From Candidatus Babelota bacterium (GTDB lineage Bacteria > Babelota > Babeliae > Babelales > CAIQNR01): a stretch of 64,000 bases of DNA. Below are positions 9,809 through 19,173 of this stretch, in pieces. The notes below the pieces were generated by a model. The model was not told the DNA's origin. It searched no databases and saw only the letters and a program-made list of their open reading frames with translations. The stretch covers positions 296,722 through 360,721 of the forward strand of contig CBFHTA010000001.1 in assembly GCA_965658655.1 (NCBI GenBank), given 5' to 3'. The translations under genes were made by a program, and so were the position numbers. Position 1 is the first letter of the stretch, and every line of letters begins with the position of its first letter.

Positions 9809-10390
9809 ATGACTAAGTACGAATATTTGATGCTTGCAAATCCCGGAATTACCGGAGATGAGACAAGTGGTCTTGAACAAAACTTTGAAAAGCTCGTTAA
9901 GCAGTTCAAAGGTAATCTCGTTTCTTTCGATCGTTGGGGAAAGTGTCGTTTAGCATATCCTGTAAAACATCAGGATTACGGTGTTTATTACATGGTTCGT
10001 TTTGAAATGGACGCTCCTCAAGAGTTCTTAAAAGAAATTAAGCTATTGCTTGATGTTAAATACAATGATCTTATTATGCGTACAGCAACTGTTAAGATTG
10101 AAGAAAATGAATCTTACAGTGATTATCGCCCTGAGTCCGTAGAGGATCTTCCAACACGTAATGTTGATCAATTCTTACGTGAAAACAAAATGGAAGGCTT
10201 AATTGGTAAAGCCGAAAAAGAAGAGAAGAAGGCAGAAGTAGAAGCTGCTGATAAAGCGGCAGTAACTGAAGCGGTTAAAGAAGCTTCAGCTGCATCAACC
10301 GCAACACCAGAAGCTGCAAAAACTTCAGAGATGAATGCAACAGAAGGCAAATCTGAAGATAACTCTAACGATGAAGGGGCATCTGCATGA
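9809..10390 (+). CDS. rpsF: 30S ribosomal protein S6 with long acidic/Ala-rich tail
   Basis: [18 protein letters not shown] and GVYYMVRF motifs; lies upstream of rpsR. Confidence 0.93.
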   Translation: MTKYEYLMLANPGITGDETSGLEQNFEKLVKQFKGNLVSFDRWGKCRLAYPVKHQDYGVYYMVRFEMDAPQEFLKEIKLLLDVKYNDLIMRTATVKIEENESYSDYRPESVEDLPTRNVDQFLRENKMEGLIGKAEKEEKKAEVEAADKAAVTEAVKEASAASTATPEAAKTSEMNATEGKSEDNSNDEGASA

Positions 10391-10674
10391 CTAAAAAATT
10401 AAAACTTAAAATCAGTGCCCGCTTGTTAAAGAAAAAAAGCAAACGTTTTTCTTCTTCACAAAAAAAGCATTGCCGATTTTCTGGAGATCCAGAACAAGCA
10501 AAAGCACTTGATTATAAAAATACCAAGTTATTACGTAATTTTTTGACAGAGCGTGGTAAGATTCTACCTTCACGTATCTCAGGAACCTCTGCGTATTATC
10601 AGCGTAAGTTGAGTAAGGCAATTAAACTTGCTCGTACTATGGCGCTTTTGCCTTACGGATCAACTCGCTACTAA
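10387..10674 (+). CDS. rpsR: 30S ribosomal protein S18
   Basis: [24 protein letters not shown] and [19 protein letters not shown]. Confidence 0.97.
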   Translation: MTKKLKLKISARLLKKKSKRFSSSQKKHCRFSGDPEQAKALDYKNTKLLRNFLTERGKILPSRISGTSAYYQRKLSKAIKLARTMALLPYGSTRY

Positions 10675-10696
10675 TTAATAACAAGTATTAAAAATT

Positions 10697-10728
10697 AAAG
10701 AGGTTGCTTTTTGAGCGACCTCTTTTTT
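10697..10728 (+). terminator. Rho-independent terminator
   Basis: Stem AAAGAGGTTGCT/AGCGACCTCTTT followed by a T run. Confidence 0.8.
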
Positions 10729-10740
10729 ATGAAGGTGGTT

Positions 10741-11097
10741 ATGAAATCTCATTTATTCTTATCTTTATGTATTTATTCTTTTTCTTATGGATCTGCACCT
10801 TTTCTTTCTTCAAATCAATTAAGAGTTTTGCCTGATCGATCAAAAATAGTCGTTTCTTATCTGTTTAAGCATGCTGAAGAAGGTCTTGTGCATCTAGAAG
10901 CAACAAATTTTCCTGGTAATAAAAAAAATGATTCATTTTATGCAGATCTAGAAAGTAAGATACGTAAAGTGAATCCCAATGCTGAATGTTTAGACTTGAT
11001 CAGCGGGTATATTAAGGGAACCGTTCGTATGCAGATAAACAATGGATCGAACGCGGCAGTTTCTAGACAAGATTATATGCTAACTTTTAAAGAGTAG
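10741..11097 (+). CDS. Hypothetical exported protein
   Basis: Signal-like MKSHLFLSLCIYSFSYG; GAAGGTGG RBS. Confidence 0.6.
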   Translation: MKSHLFLSLCIYSFSYGSAPFLSSNQLRVLPDRSKIVVSYLFKHAEEGLVHLEATNFPGNKKNDSFYADLESKIRKVNPNAECLDLISGYIKGTVRMQINNGSNAAVSRQDYMLTFKE

Positions 11098-11111
11098 AAT
11101 TAAGGGTGGTT

Positions 11112-11867
11112 ATGAATTCGTATAAACTTATTGTTGCGTATGATGGGACCAGCTATCATGGTTGGCAGTGGCAAGACAATGCTATTTCTATTGATAATGT
11201 TTTAAGAGAAACATTCTTAAAGACATTTAAACAAACAGAAATGCATATTGTAGGTGCCTCTCGTACTGATGCTGGTGTTCATGCGCAAGGGCAAGTTGTA
11301 CGGCTCGGAACTCTTCTTTCCATTGATCCTCAAAAACTTATGTATGTTTTTAACAATGCCTTGCCAGGTGAGATTGTTATTACAGAGTGTACACGTGTTG
11401 ACCCGGGCAGCAGGTTTCATCCGCAGCATGATATTGGAATCAAAACGTATACGTATCGTTTCTTTTTAAAGCGTCCTGAGCCAATGGTGCAACGTTACGG
11501 TCATTTTGTGGAATACCCTATTGATACACAAAAATTGGTCCAGGCGTTGACTGTCTTTGTAGGAACGCATGACTTTCGAGCTTTTTCTAAGGAACTCAAA
11601 GAAAAAGATACACAGCGAACGGTAGAAAGCGTTACGGTTACTCCATGTAGAAAATTTGGTGGTTATACTATTACGTTTACGGGGAAGTCTTTTTTGCGGC
11701 ATATGATTCGAAGAATGGTAGGAGCGGCTTTTGAGGTTGCACGACGCCCGAATCGTTCATGCCAGGAGCTTAAGCAGTTACTTTTTGTGCCGCGTACTAC
11801 AGAAAATCTTCCCACAGCACCTGCAAAAGGGTTATGCTTAGAGTCTATTACATACAAACAGTTATAA
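11112..11867 (+). CDS. truA: tRNA pseudouridine(38-40) synthase
   Basis: AYDGTSYHGWQ, GASRTDAGVHAQGQV, FLRHMIRRMVG and TAPAKGLCL motifs. Confidence 0.96.
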   Translation: MNSYKLIVAYDGTSYHGWQWQDNAISIDNVLRETFLKTFKQTEMHIVGASRTDAGVHAQGQVVRLGTLLSIDPQKLMYVFNNALPGEIVITECTRVDPGSRFHPQHDIGIKTYTYRFFLKRPEPMVQRYGHFVEYPIDTQKLVQALTVFVGTHDFRAFSKELKEKDTQRTVESVTVTPCRKFGGYTITFTGKSFLRHMIRRMVGAAFEVARRPNRSCQELKQLLFVPRTTENLPTAPAKGLCLESITYKQL

Positions 11868-11877
11868 GGGGATTTTG

Positions 11878-12441
11878 ATGAGAATAAAAGTACTGGGGGC
11901 CATCTTACTGGCAGGCGCTATGTTGATGTCTGGGATTACATTTAATGCATACCGTTCTTCTAACTTGGATGCTATTGGGTATGGACCAATTCGTTTATAT
12001 AAAAAAGAAAGAGATCGTTCTTCTGTAGAGCAGCTGTTTAAAGATAATTTCTATGCATTGACCGCAAATCCTGATCATGATTTTGACACTATGCTCGAAA
12101 AAAAATCTCCTAATAGATTCCAATCTAAATATTTTGGTAAAATGGACACTGCGGTTCTTTACGATGGAGATAAGCTTGCAGGATTTGTTTCGTATTACAT
12201 GCAAAATTCTTTTGTAGGTAAAATATTATATTTGAGTGTAAATAAAGATTTTCGTCGAAAAGGGTATGCAGTAAAGCTCATGAATATGACTATTGATCGT
12301 TTAAAAAAGCAAGGTGCTAAAGTTATAAAAGTATGTACTCGTACTGATAATGCTCCAGCACAAAATTTATACGCTAATAAATTTAAGTTTGTAAAAGAGC
12401 ATACTTTAGATGGTTTTGTTTTTTATCGTAAAGATGTTTGA
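11878..12441 (+). CDS. GNAT family N-acetyltransferase with N-terminal signal/anchor
   Basis: LSVNKDFRRKGYA (acetyl-CoA motif A) and DNAPAQNLY; hydrophobic N-terminus. Confidence 0.85.
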   Translation: MRIKVLGAILLAGAMLMSGITFNAYRSSNLDAIGYGPIRLYKKERDRSSVEQLFKDNFYALTANPDHDFDTMLEKKSPNRFQSKYFGKMDTAVLYDGDKLAGFVSYYMQNSFVGKILYLSVNKDFRRKGYAVKLMNMTIDRLKKQGAKVIKVCTRTDNAPAQNLYANKFKFVKEHTLDGFVFYRKDV

Positions 12442-13940
12442 AGGCCATCGATCATAACTTGAGCAATAAAAGGTGCTACATCACTCAATTGATTCAGTGG
12501 CAGGTGTAGTTCGATATCTTTGAGCTCTTGAGTTACCATAATAAAGAATACCGGGTTTTGGGTGTGCGAGGTTAAGGGTTGTTTGGTTTTAGGATCAATC
12601 ATTTCTTCTGCATTGCCATGATCGCCGGTGATATACAAGATTCCTTTTTGTTTGATAACAATTTCTTCAACCAGTTTCTTTAATTGTTTATCTAAACATT
12701 CAACTGCTTTGATTGTTGCATGTAAGTCTCCCGTGTGTCCAACCATGTCGGCATTAGGGTAATTAATAACATAAAAATCATGCGGGTTAGTTCTTGCTGT
12801 TTCGAGTACAGCTTCTGTGATAGTTGGAGCGCTCATTTCTGGGAATTGATCATATTGTTTACGTGTGGTTGAAGGAACCAGTATTCGTGTTTCATTGTCT
12901 AGTTTCTTTTCTCTGCCCCCGTTGAAGAAATAAGTTACGTGAGCATATTTTTCTGTTCCTGCGATAGAGGCAATAGAATAATCTTTGTCGTGTAAAAATT
13001 GTGTGAGGGTCTGTGGGATTTGTGGTCGATCGAAGAGTCTGGTTGTAGGATAATCTGCACCATAAGAAACAGGAGTAATAAAAAATGCAATTTGAGGAGC
13101 AGGAGCATCTTGAATTCTGTTTCCATTAAGAAAGAAAGAGGTTAGTTGTCGTGCTCGATCTGCGCGAAAATTGAAAAAAATTATACCATCATTGGGTTGA
13201 ATGCAGGCTTTAGTGTCAAATTGCACGGGATCGAAAAACTCTTCTGATGGATGGAGTTTTTGCTGTTCTTTTAGATATGTTCCCCATGAATTTACAGTTG
13301 TTGGTTGTGGTTCGGTTAAGACAAGAAAGCTTTTTTCTGTTTGTTGCCAATTTCTGTTTCTATCCATTGCATAGAATCGACCATGAAGGGAACCTATTTT
13401 TCCTACACCAAGCTTTTTGCATTCTTGCTCTATTTGTTCTAAATAATTCTCTGCACTATCGAGAGGGACATCTCTTCCATCTAAAAAACCATGGATAATT
13501 ACATCTTCAATCTCTTGTTCTGCTGCAGCCTTGAGTAATGCAAAAAGATGCTGAAGAGAGCTATGGACACCACCGTCAGAGAGTAGTCCCATCAGATGGA
13601 GTACTTTTTTTGAGGTCTTTAATTCTTGGAGTGCTTTCTTAAGTTTTTTGTTTTTATAAAAAGAACCGTTGTGAATAGCCTCTTCTATGAGAGTGAGAGA
13701 TTGTGGGACAATAGTTCCACAGCCAAGAGTAAGGTGACCAACTTCTGAGTTGCCGTTGTAACCATCAGGTAATCCGACTGCTGCTCCAGCGGATTTAAGT
13801 GTAGTAGCAGGATAGGTTTCAAGTAGTTTGTTGAACGTGGGCATTGAAGCTTGAGCAATTGCATTGCCCTCTTCGACTTCGCGATAGCCAAATCCATCAA
13901 GTATCACAAGTGCGGTCGGGAAACGGTTTTTCATGGTCAT
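12423..13940 (-). CDS. gpmI: 2,3-bisphosphoglycerate-independent phosphoglycerate mutase
   Basis: ILDGFG, GNSEVGH, GRFYAMDR, NADMVGHTG and DHGNAE motifs. Confidence 0.97.
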   Translation of the reverse strand: MTMKNRFPTALVILDGFGYREVEEGNAIAQASMPTFNKLLETYPATTLKSAGAAVGLPDGYNGNSEVGHLTLGCGTIVPQSLTLIEEAIHNGSFYKNKKLKKALQELKTSKKVLHLMGLLSDGGVHSSLQHLFALLKAAAEQEIEDVIIHGFLDGRDVPLDSAENYLEQIEQECKKLGVGKIGSLHGRFYAMDRNRNWQQTEKSFLVLTEPQPTTVNSWGTYLKEQQKLHPSEEFFDPVQFDTKACIQPNDGIIFFNFRADRARQLTSFFLNGNRIQDAPAPQIAFFITPVSYGADYPTTRLFDRPQIPQTLTQFLHDKDYSIASIAGTEKYAHVTYFFNGGREKKLDNETRILVPSTTRKQYDQFPEMSAPTITEAVLETARTNPHDFYVINYPNADMVGHTGDLHATIKAVECLDKQLKKLVEEIVIKQKGILYITGDHGNAEEMIDPKTKQPLTSHTQNPVFFIMVTQELKDIELHLPLNQLSDVAPFIAQVMIDGLQTSLR

Positions 13941-14004
13941 TCCTTTTTTCTAGAAGCATATGATATACTATATAGGAAAATTGGGATAAAAAATAAGGAA
14001 AAAT

Positions 14005-14280
14005 ATGAAGAAAAAAATAATGATCATTCTCTTAAGTATAAGTCTGTTTCAATCACTCCAAGCTGAGAGTTTTGATGAGCAACTTTTCTTTGAAGGAAGT
14101 CATCCCGCGTTAAATGATATTACAGTAGTAAGAGAGCCAGAGAAAAAAAATATTTCTGTATGGGCTGCACTTAGACTTGCCCCGCGTTATATTTATGAAA
14201 CGCATGTAAAAACATTTAGACCAAAATTCTATGCATTTATTGCAGCGATCGTTAAATCTAAAAAAAGAAATAAATGGTAA
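14005..14280 (+). CDS. Hypothetical exported protein
   Basis: Signal peptide MKKKIMIILLSISLFQSLQA; AAGGA RBS. Confidence 0.6.
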   Translation: MKKKIMIILLSISLFQSLQAESFDEQLFFEGSHPALNDITVVREPEKKNISVWAALRLAPRYIYETHVKTFRPKFYAFIAAIVKSKKRNKW

Positions 14281-15005
14281 AAGATAATAAACACGAATTT
14301 GCACTTTTTTACTCTGATCTTTCATCGCAAAAGTCTGGTGATACCCTTTTGATTAGTAATGTGTCGTTGGTCCAACGAATTACTTCTATATTGCGTTTAA
14401 AGCCTAATGACCGATTGGTTCTCTTTAATCAAGAAATGCATGTACAAGTACAGCTGAAAAATTGTTCAAAAAAAAGCTGTTCTTTTATGGTTGAGTCTGG
14501 GAGTAAAAATAAAATTCTTAAACCAGAGATCACTGTTCTTTTGCCTGTGCTTAAAAGGGATGCTCTTGAATCAGCTCTTTATTCATGCGTTGCATTAGGT
14601 GCTTCTATTGTTCAATTGATAACAACTGAGAAAACGCGCAAATGGCAGGGGGGAAAAGAATTTGAACGTTTACAGCGCATAACTATTTCAGCAGCAGAAC
14701 AATCAAAACATTTTGCATTTCCCACTGTTAAGCCACCTTTATCTTTGGCTAATGCCCTTGAACAGTATAAAGCAACCACACACAAGTTTTTTGCTGACCC
14801 ACAAGGAGTTTCTTGTCTAGAAAAAATGTCTACATTGGATGTGAAAAAGGATTTTCTTTTGATGGTAGGTCCTGAAGGGGATCTTGCAACTGGAGAAAAA
14901 GAACTACTAAAAAAAGATTTTATATTTGTAGCACTTGTTCCAACGGTTTTAAAATCAGAGCAAGCACTAGGACTTTTATTAGGCGTAACTCGAATGGCTA
15001 CATAG
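14274..15005 (+). CDS. rsmE: 16S rRNA m3U1498 methyltransferase
   Basis: ILRLKPND, SAAEQS and VGPEGD SPOUT motifs. Confidence 0.88.
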   Translation: MVKDNKHEFALFYSDLSSQKSGDTLLISNVSLVQRITSILRLKPNDRLVLFNQEMHVQVQLKNCSKKSCSFMVESGSKNKILKPEITVLLPVLKRDALESALYSCVALGASIVQLITTEKTRKWQGGKEFERLQRITISAAEQSKHFAFPTVKPPLSLANALEQYKATTHKFFADPQGVSCLEKMSTLDVKKDFLLMVGPEGDLATGEKELLKKDFIFVALVPTVLKSEQALGLLLGVTRMAT

Positions 15006-15672
15006 CTGTTTTGTATTCTTGTGTTTTCAGATACAAAGGTAGAAGCATATCAGCAACATTTTCTTTTTGTTCCCACTGTTTATACGCTTGAGTAACAACT
15101 GATTCAACTGAACAGTACTCTGGAAGAGGATCGGGGAATTTTGCATAGTCACCAAAGATTGTTTTTATTTCTTTTTCAAAAAGAATGGTGCCGTTACCTA
15201 CAAAGGTAATTGGAGTATTAACATAATCTTTGTCTAATGATTCAAAGAATATTGTGTGGTTTTCCCATCCAGTAGCAATGATTGTGTTTTCTTTTTTGAT
15301 TCCAAAATAAACATCTTTTGCGAATGCATTTAAAAGTACAACTGTAAGAGGTGTATCGTGTTGTTGTTCTTCTAAAAAGGTTTTAATACCGTCTACTCCA
15401 ACAAGTGGAATTTTATGTGCAAAGTTTAAACCATTTGCTGTGGTGATGATTACACGCAATGTGGTAAATGGAGCAGGTCCTTGATTAAGACCTATGAAAG
15501 TAAGATCTTCCCAACTAAGATTCTGGTTATTTAAAAGGGTATTCATTTGTGAAACAAGATTAATACTAGCTTTATGCTTAGTGTCGGTGCTGGTTTCAAG
15601 AATCGAACTGTTTTTGCAAAGAGCGACAGAAACATTATTATAGTCGGATTGAAGAATGAGAGAGTAGGTCAT
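14998..15672 (-). CDS. tsaB: t6A biosynthesis protein TsaB
   Basis: GPAPFTTLRV (GPGSFTGLRI-like) and C-terminal LLPLYLK. Confidence 0.88.
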   Translation of the reverse strand: MTYSLILQSDYNNVSVALCKNSSILETSTDTKHKASINLVSQMNTLLNNQNLSWEDLTFIGLNQGPAPFTTLRVIITTANGLNFAHKIPLVGVDGIKTFLEEQQHDTPLTVVLLNAFAKDVYFGIKKENTIIATGWENHTIFFESLDKDYVNTPITFVGNGTILFEKEIKTIFGDYAKFPDPLPEYCSVESVVTQAYKQWEQKENVADMLLPLYLKTQEYKTAM

Positions 15673-15675
15673 AAA

Positions 15676-15855
15676 TTATTTTTTGTTCTTACATTTTTGT
15701 TGTTGATAAAAAATTCCAAATGCATCGGTTTCTAAATTTTTTTCTTTTTTTGGAATAACTTTTCCACAATTCAAGCATTTCCAGCCATCAAAATTTAAAA
15801 AATGGTCAAAAAATGATTGAAGAACCATTAGGCCCGAGCATTTTTTACACTTCAT
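15676..15855 (-). CDS. 59-aa zinc-ribbon protein (below the ORF-track cutoff)
   Basis: MKCKKCSGLMVLQSFFDHFLNFDGWKCLNCGKVI...; GAGGAG RBS; ends 3 nt before the tsaB start. Confidence 0.8.
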   Translation of the reverse strand: MKCKKCSGLMVLQSFFDHFLNFDGWKCLNCGKVIPKKEKNLETDAFGIFYQQQKCKNKK

Positions 15856-15918
15856 TAGCGCTCCTCAACATTACATTCACTCAGTTTTTTATAAGTTTAG
15901 CACAAATAGCATAAGATA

Positions 15919-16329
15919 CTAAGAATTATTCATTTCTTCTTTAAAACGCAAGTGTGCTAGATAAGCATCGAGAATAACTGCTGCTGCTTTAGCATGAACG
16001 TGGTGCTTATCTCCTTTTTTTCCTACTGTCTGTGCTTGCTTGCTTGAAAGTCGCTCGTCCCAGAATACCCATTCAACTGAATTGAATTTCTTTTCGAGTG
16101 CTTCTTTTTGAACAACAATTTTTTTTGTTTGTTCGCTTTCTGTCCCTTTGAGTGTTTGTGGGTAGCCAACAACAATTATTGAAATTGGTTCATCTGTAAG
16201 GAGTTTGGTAAGAAATGATTCAAGCTCTGCCAGTGTTACGGTAGTATGTGGACGGGCAAGGATGCGAGACATATCAGTTATGGCAACGCCTACCCATTGG
16301 TCTCCTAAGTCTAAGGCAACTATCTTCAT
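15919..16329 (-). CDS. ruvX: Pre-16S rRNA nuclease YqgF/RuvX
   Basis: ALDLGDQWVGVAITD, IVVGYP, WDERLSS and AAAVIL motifs. Confidence 0.92.
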   Translation of the reverse strand: MKIVALDLGDQWVGVAITDMSRILARPHTTVTLAELESFLTKLLTDEPISIIVVGYPQTLKGTESEQTKKIVVQKEALEKKFNSVEWVFWDERLSSKQAQTVGKKGDKHHVHAKAAAVILDAYLAHLRFKEEMNNS

Positions 16330-16409
16330 AAAGACATCTTTCGATAAATCACGTATACTGAATCACGATAGTATAATCTCACACTTTTTCCTTAAAGGAA
16401 AGGAATTTT

Positions 16410-17750
16410 ATGATACACAATTTCCTGACCATGGTTCGTGATATGGTTTGGTCTCTCCCGTTCTTAAGCTTTATTATAGGGGTGGGTTGTATCGTGACGG
16501 TCGCGTTGAATTTTATTCAGGTGCGTAAATTCTTTACGAGTTGGAGATTAGTACTAGGTGGTCCTGATGAAGATCCAAGTACAGGAGCCGGATCAAAAGG
16601 AGATATGTCTCCTTTTCAAGCTTTCTTAAACGCTTTGAGTGTTAGTGTTGGTAATGGATCATTAGCTGGTATGGGTACTGCGATTTATATGGGTGGCCCA
16701 GGAGCAGTTTTTTGGATGTTCTTAATTGGTCTTTTATTAATGGCTATTAGATTTGCTGAAGTTTTCTTAGGTGTTTCATTTGCACATCTTGGTTTTTCAG
16801 CTGGAGAGAATAAACTTGGTGGACCATTTTCATATATCGATAAATTACCTCTTGGTAGTGCTTTAGCAATGCTTTACGCTGCTTCATGTTGGTTTTATGG
16901 TGTAGTAAGTGGTTGTGCAATGCAATGTAACGCAATTAGTGTTTCAGTTAATAGTGCTCTTGGGGTTTCTACCTATGTTGTAGGAGGAGTGCTTGCAGCA
17001 TTTGTGCTTTATGTAATGTTTGGTGGAGCACAGCGTATTGTTAAGGTTTCTGAGGGATTGGTACCAGTTAAAGTAGGCTTGTTTTTTGTTACTATAATTA
17101 TGGTGCTTGCTTATCACTGGGCAAGTTTTATTCCATCTCTTATATTAATTTTCAAAAGTGCTTTTAATCCAAGTGCCGCATCCGGTGGAATAGCAGGATT
17201 AACTCTTCAACGAATGTTTGCAGTTTCAGCAGCTCGTACTATCAGTTCAACAGAGGCTGGTTTGGGAACAGCAGCAGTCTTTTATGCAAATACTGCAAGC
17301 GACAAGCCAGTTAATGATGGAGCAACGAGTATGTTGAGTACTTTTATTGGAAGTAACATTGTAAACACTATGATTGCTTTAGCCATTGTTATGAGTGGTG
17401 TTTGGGATAAAGGTCATGATGGAGCACAAGCTATCTTTGCCGCTTATACTACAGTTTTTGGAGCAGTAGGCGGATGGCTCGTTTCATTGTTGGCTATTAC
17501 TTTTGGTATGGGTGTATTCGTAGCTTATGGATATGTAACTCGTCAGTGCTGGTTGTATATGACCAATGGTCGATTTGCAGATTTTTTCAGTGTTTTCTTT
17601 GCATCAATAGCTTTTCTTGGTTCGATTGCAAAAATACAATTGGTATGGGCGATGGTAGATCTTTCTGTTGCGTGTTGTTTAATTTTAAATCTTGCAGCCA
17701 TTCTCTACTTAATTCCTTATATGCGAGCACATGTTTTAGGAAATAAATAA
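16410..17750 (+). CDS. Alanine/glycine:cation symporter (AGCS family)
   Basis: SPFQA, VGNGSLAG, GGPGAVFWM, GGPFSYI and EAGLGTA motifs; multiple TM helices. Confidence 0.9.
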   Translation: MIHNFLTMVRDMVWSLPFLSFIIGVGCIVTVALNFIQVRKFFTSWRLVLGGPDEDPSTGAGSKGDMSPFQAFLNALSVSVGNGSLAGMGTAIYMGGPGAVFWMFLIGLLLMAIRFAEVFLGVSFAHLGFSAGENKLGGPFSYIDKLPLGSALAMLYAASCWFYGVVSGCAMQCNAISVSVNSALGVSTYVVGGVLAAFVLYVMFGGAQRIVKVSEGLVPVKVGLFFVTIIMVLAYHWASFIPSLILIFKSAFNPSAASGGIAGLTLQRMFAVSAARTISSTEAGLGTAAVFYANTASDKPVNDGATSMLSTFIGSNIVNTMIALAIVMSGVWDKGHDGAQAIFAAYTTVFGAVGGWLVSLLAITFGMGVFVAYGYVTRQCWLYMTNGRFADFFSVFFASIAFLGSIAKIQLVWAMVDLSVACCLILNLAAILYLIPYMRAHVLGNK

Positions 17751-17753
17751 ATT

Positions 17754-19061
17754 ATGAAAATGCCATCCATTTTTCCGGTGGCTTCTCATACTGACAATGT
17801 TGGCCCCGGATCTACGTTTGTAGCTATCAGGGGCCTTAATTTTGATGGTCACAATTACATTGATCTGGCATTAGAAAAAGGTGCCACTAAGATTGTTAAA
17901 GAATGTAAAGAAACCCCAAATACACGCAAAGTGCTTGCTGAGTTAAGTGCGCAAGCTGCTGGGCACCCTGCAAAGAAATTAAAACTTTTAGGTGTTACAG
18001 GCACTAAGGGGAAAACAACCTCTGTCTATCTTATGCATTATTTACTTAAACAGGCTGGTCACAAAATAGCGCTTTTGAGTACCATAAAAAATTGTATTTT
18101 AGATCAAGATATTCCTGCAACCATGACCACCGCTCAACCAGATTATTTACATCAGTTTTTTAAATTGTGTGTGGAGGCTGGCGTTGAGTATGTAATTATG
18201 GAAACAGCTGCTCAGGCAACTACATTTCATCGTTTGGAAACACTGCAGTTTGATGGCCTTATTTTTACGAATCTCGACCGTGAGCATGCAGAATTGTATC
18301 CAACTATGGAAGAATATTTTGAAGCGAAAGCAAAGATATTTGAGTATGCAAAGCCGGGTGGAGTAGTGGTGAGTAATGTTGATGATCTGTATGGCAAAAA
18401 GCTTCTGGAGCGGTTTGCAGCAGGTGTGCCATTGACGGTCAGTGATTGGTATGAAGGTACTGTTTTAGTTGATGGTAAAAAGTATAGGTACTCTAATCTT
18501 GCAGGTGTTTTTAATGCGTATAATCTTGCAGGTGTTTTATTGTTGCTTAAGAATTTGGGTATTACAATAGATCTAAACATTGGTCCATTGCCACCAATAC
18601 CAGGTCGGTTACAAAAAATAGATTTACCTAATGGTGCAATTGCATACATTGATTACGCTCATACGCCAGGATCATTTAAAAGTTTGTTCTCTACTGTACA
18701 AGCATGGACGCAAGATTTAATTGTTATCTTTGGGGCTGGTGGAGGCAAGGATGACCAGAAGAGGCCCTTGATGGGTTCTGTAGCAGAACAATTTGCCGAT
18801 AGGGTTATTTTAACTGACGACAATCCGCGCCATGAAAATCCGAAAAAAATTGTACAAGATATTTGTAAGGGTATTTCAAACTCAGCAAAAGTTCTTGTTG
18901 AGCATGATCGTCAAAAGGCAATTGAGAAGGCCTATGAGATGTCGCAAAAAGGTTCTATTATTTTAATTCTTGGCAAAGGCCCGGATGAACATCAAATAAT
19001 TGGAACAAAAAAAATGCCCTTCAGCGAGAAGGGCATTTTAGACGATTTGAGCTTAAAATAA
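17754..19061 (+). CDS. murE: UDP-MurNAc-dipeptide:meso-DAP ligase
   Basis: GVTGTKGKTT, IDYAHTP, DNPR (DAP-type) and LGKG motifs. Confidence 0.93.
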   Translation: MKMPSIFPVASHTDNVGPGSTFVAIRGLNFDGHNYIDLALEKGATKIVKECKETPNTRKVLAELSAQAAGHPAKKLKLLGVTGTKGKTTSVYLMHYLLKQAGHKIALLSTIKNCILDQDIPATMTTAQPDYLHQFFKLCVEAGVEYVIMETAAQATTFHRLETLQFDGLIFTNLDREHAELYPTMEEYFEAKAKIFEYAKPGGVVVSNVDDLYGKKLLERFAAGVPLTVSDWYEGTVLVDGKKYRYSNLAGVFNAYNLAGVLLLLKNLGITIDLNIGPLPPIPGRLQKIDLPNGAIAYIDYAHTPGSFKSLFSTVQAWTQDLIVIFGAGGGKDDQKRPLMGSVAEQFADRVILTDDNPRHENPKKIVQDICKGISNSAKVLVEHDRQKAIEKAYEMSQKGSIILILGKGPDEHQIIGTKKMPFSEKGILDDLSLK

Positions 19062-19173
19062 ATTTTTAAATTGTAAGTTTCAGGCAAACTCTTTATGTTT
19101 TTATTCAATTTGTAATATATTTACTATATGTGTTATTTAAAAAAATATTAACAGTAGGTTTGGGTTAAAAATA

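Noticed and set aside
18494..18538. 18-bp direct repeat (TAATCTTGCAGGTGTTTT) inside murE
   Set aside because: It is in frame and within a normally conserved region, so most likely a local micro-duplication with no further meaning.
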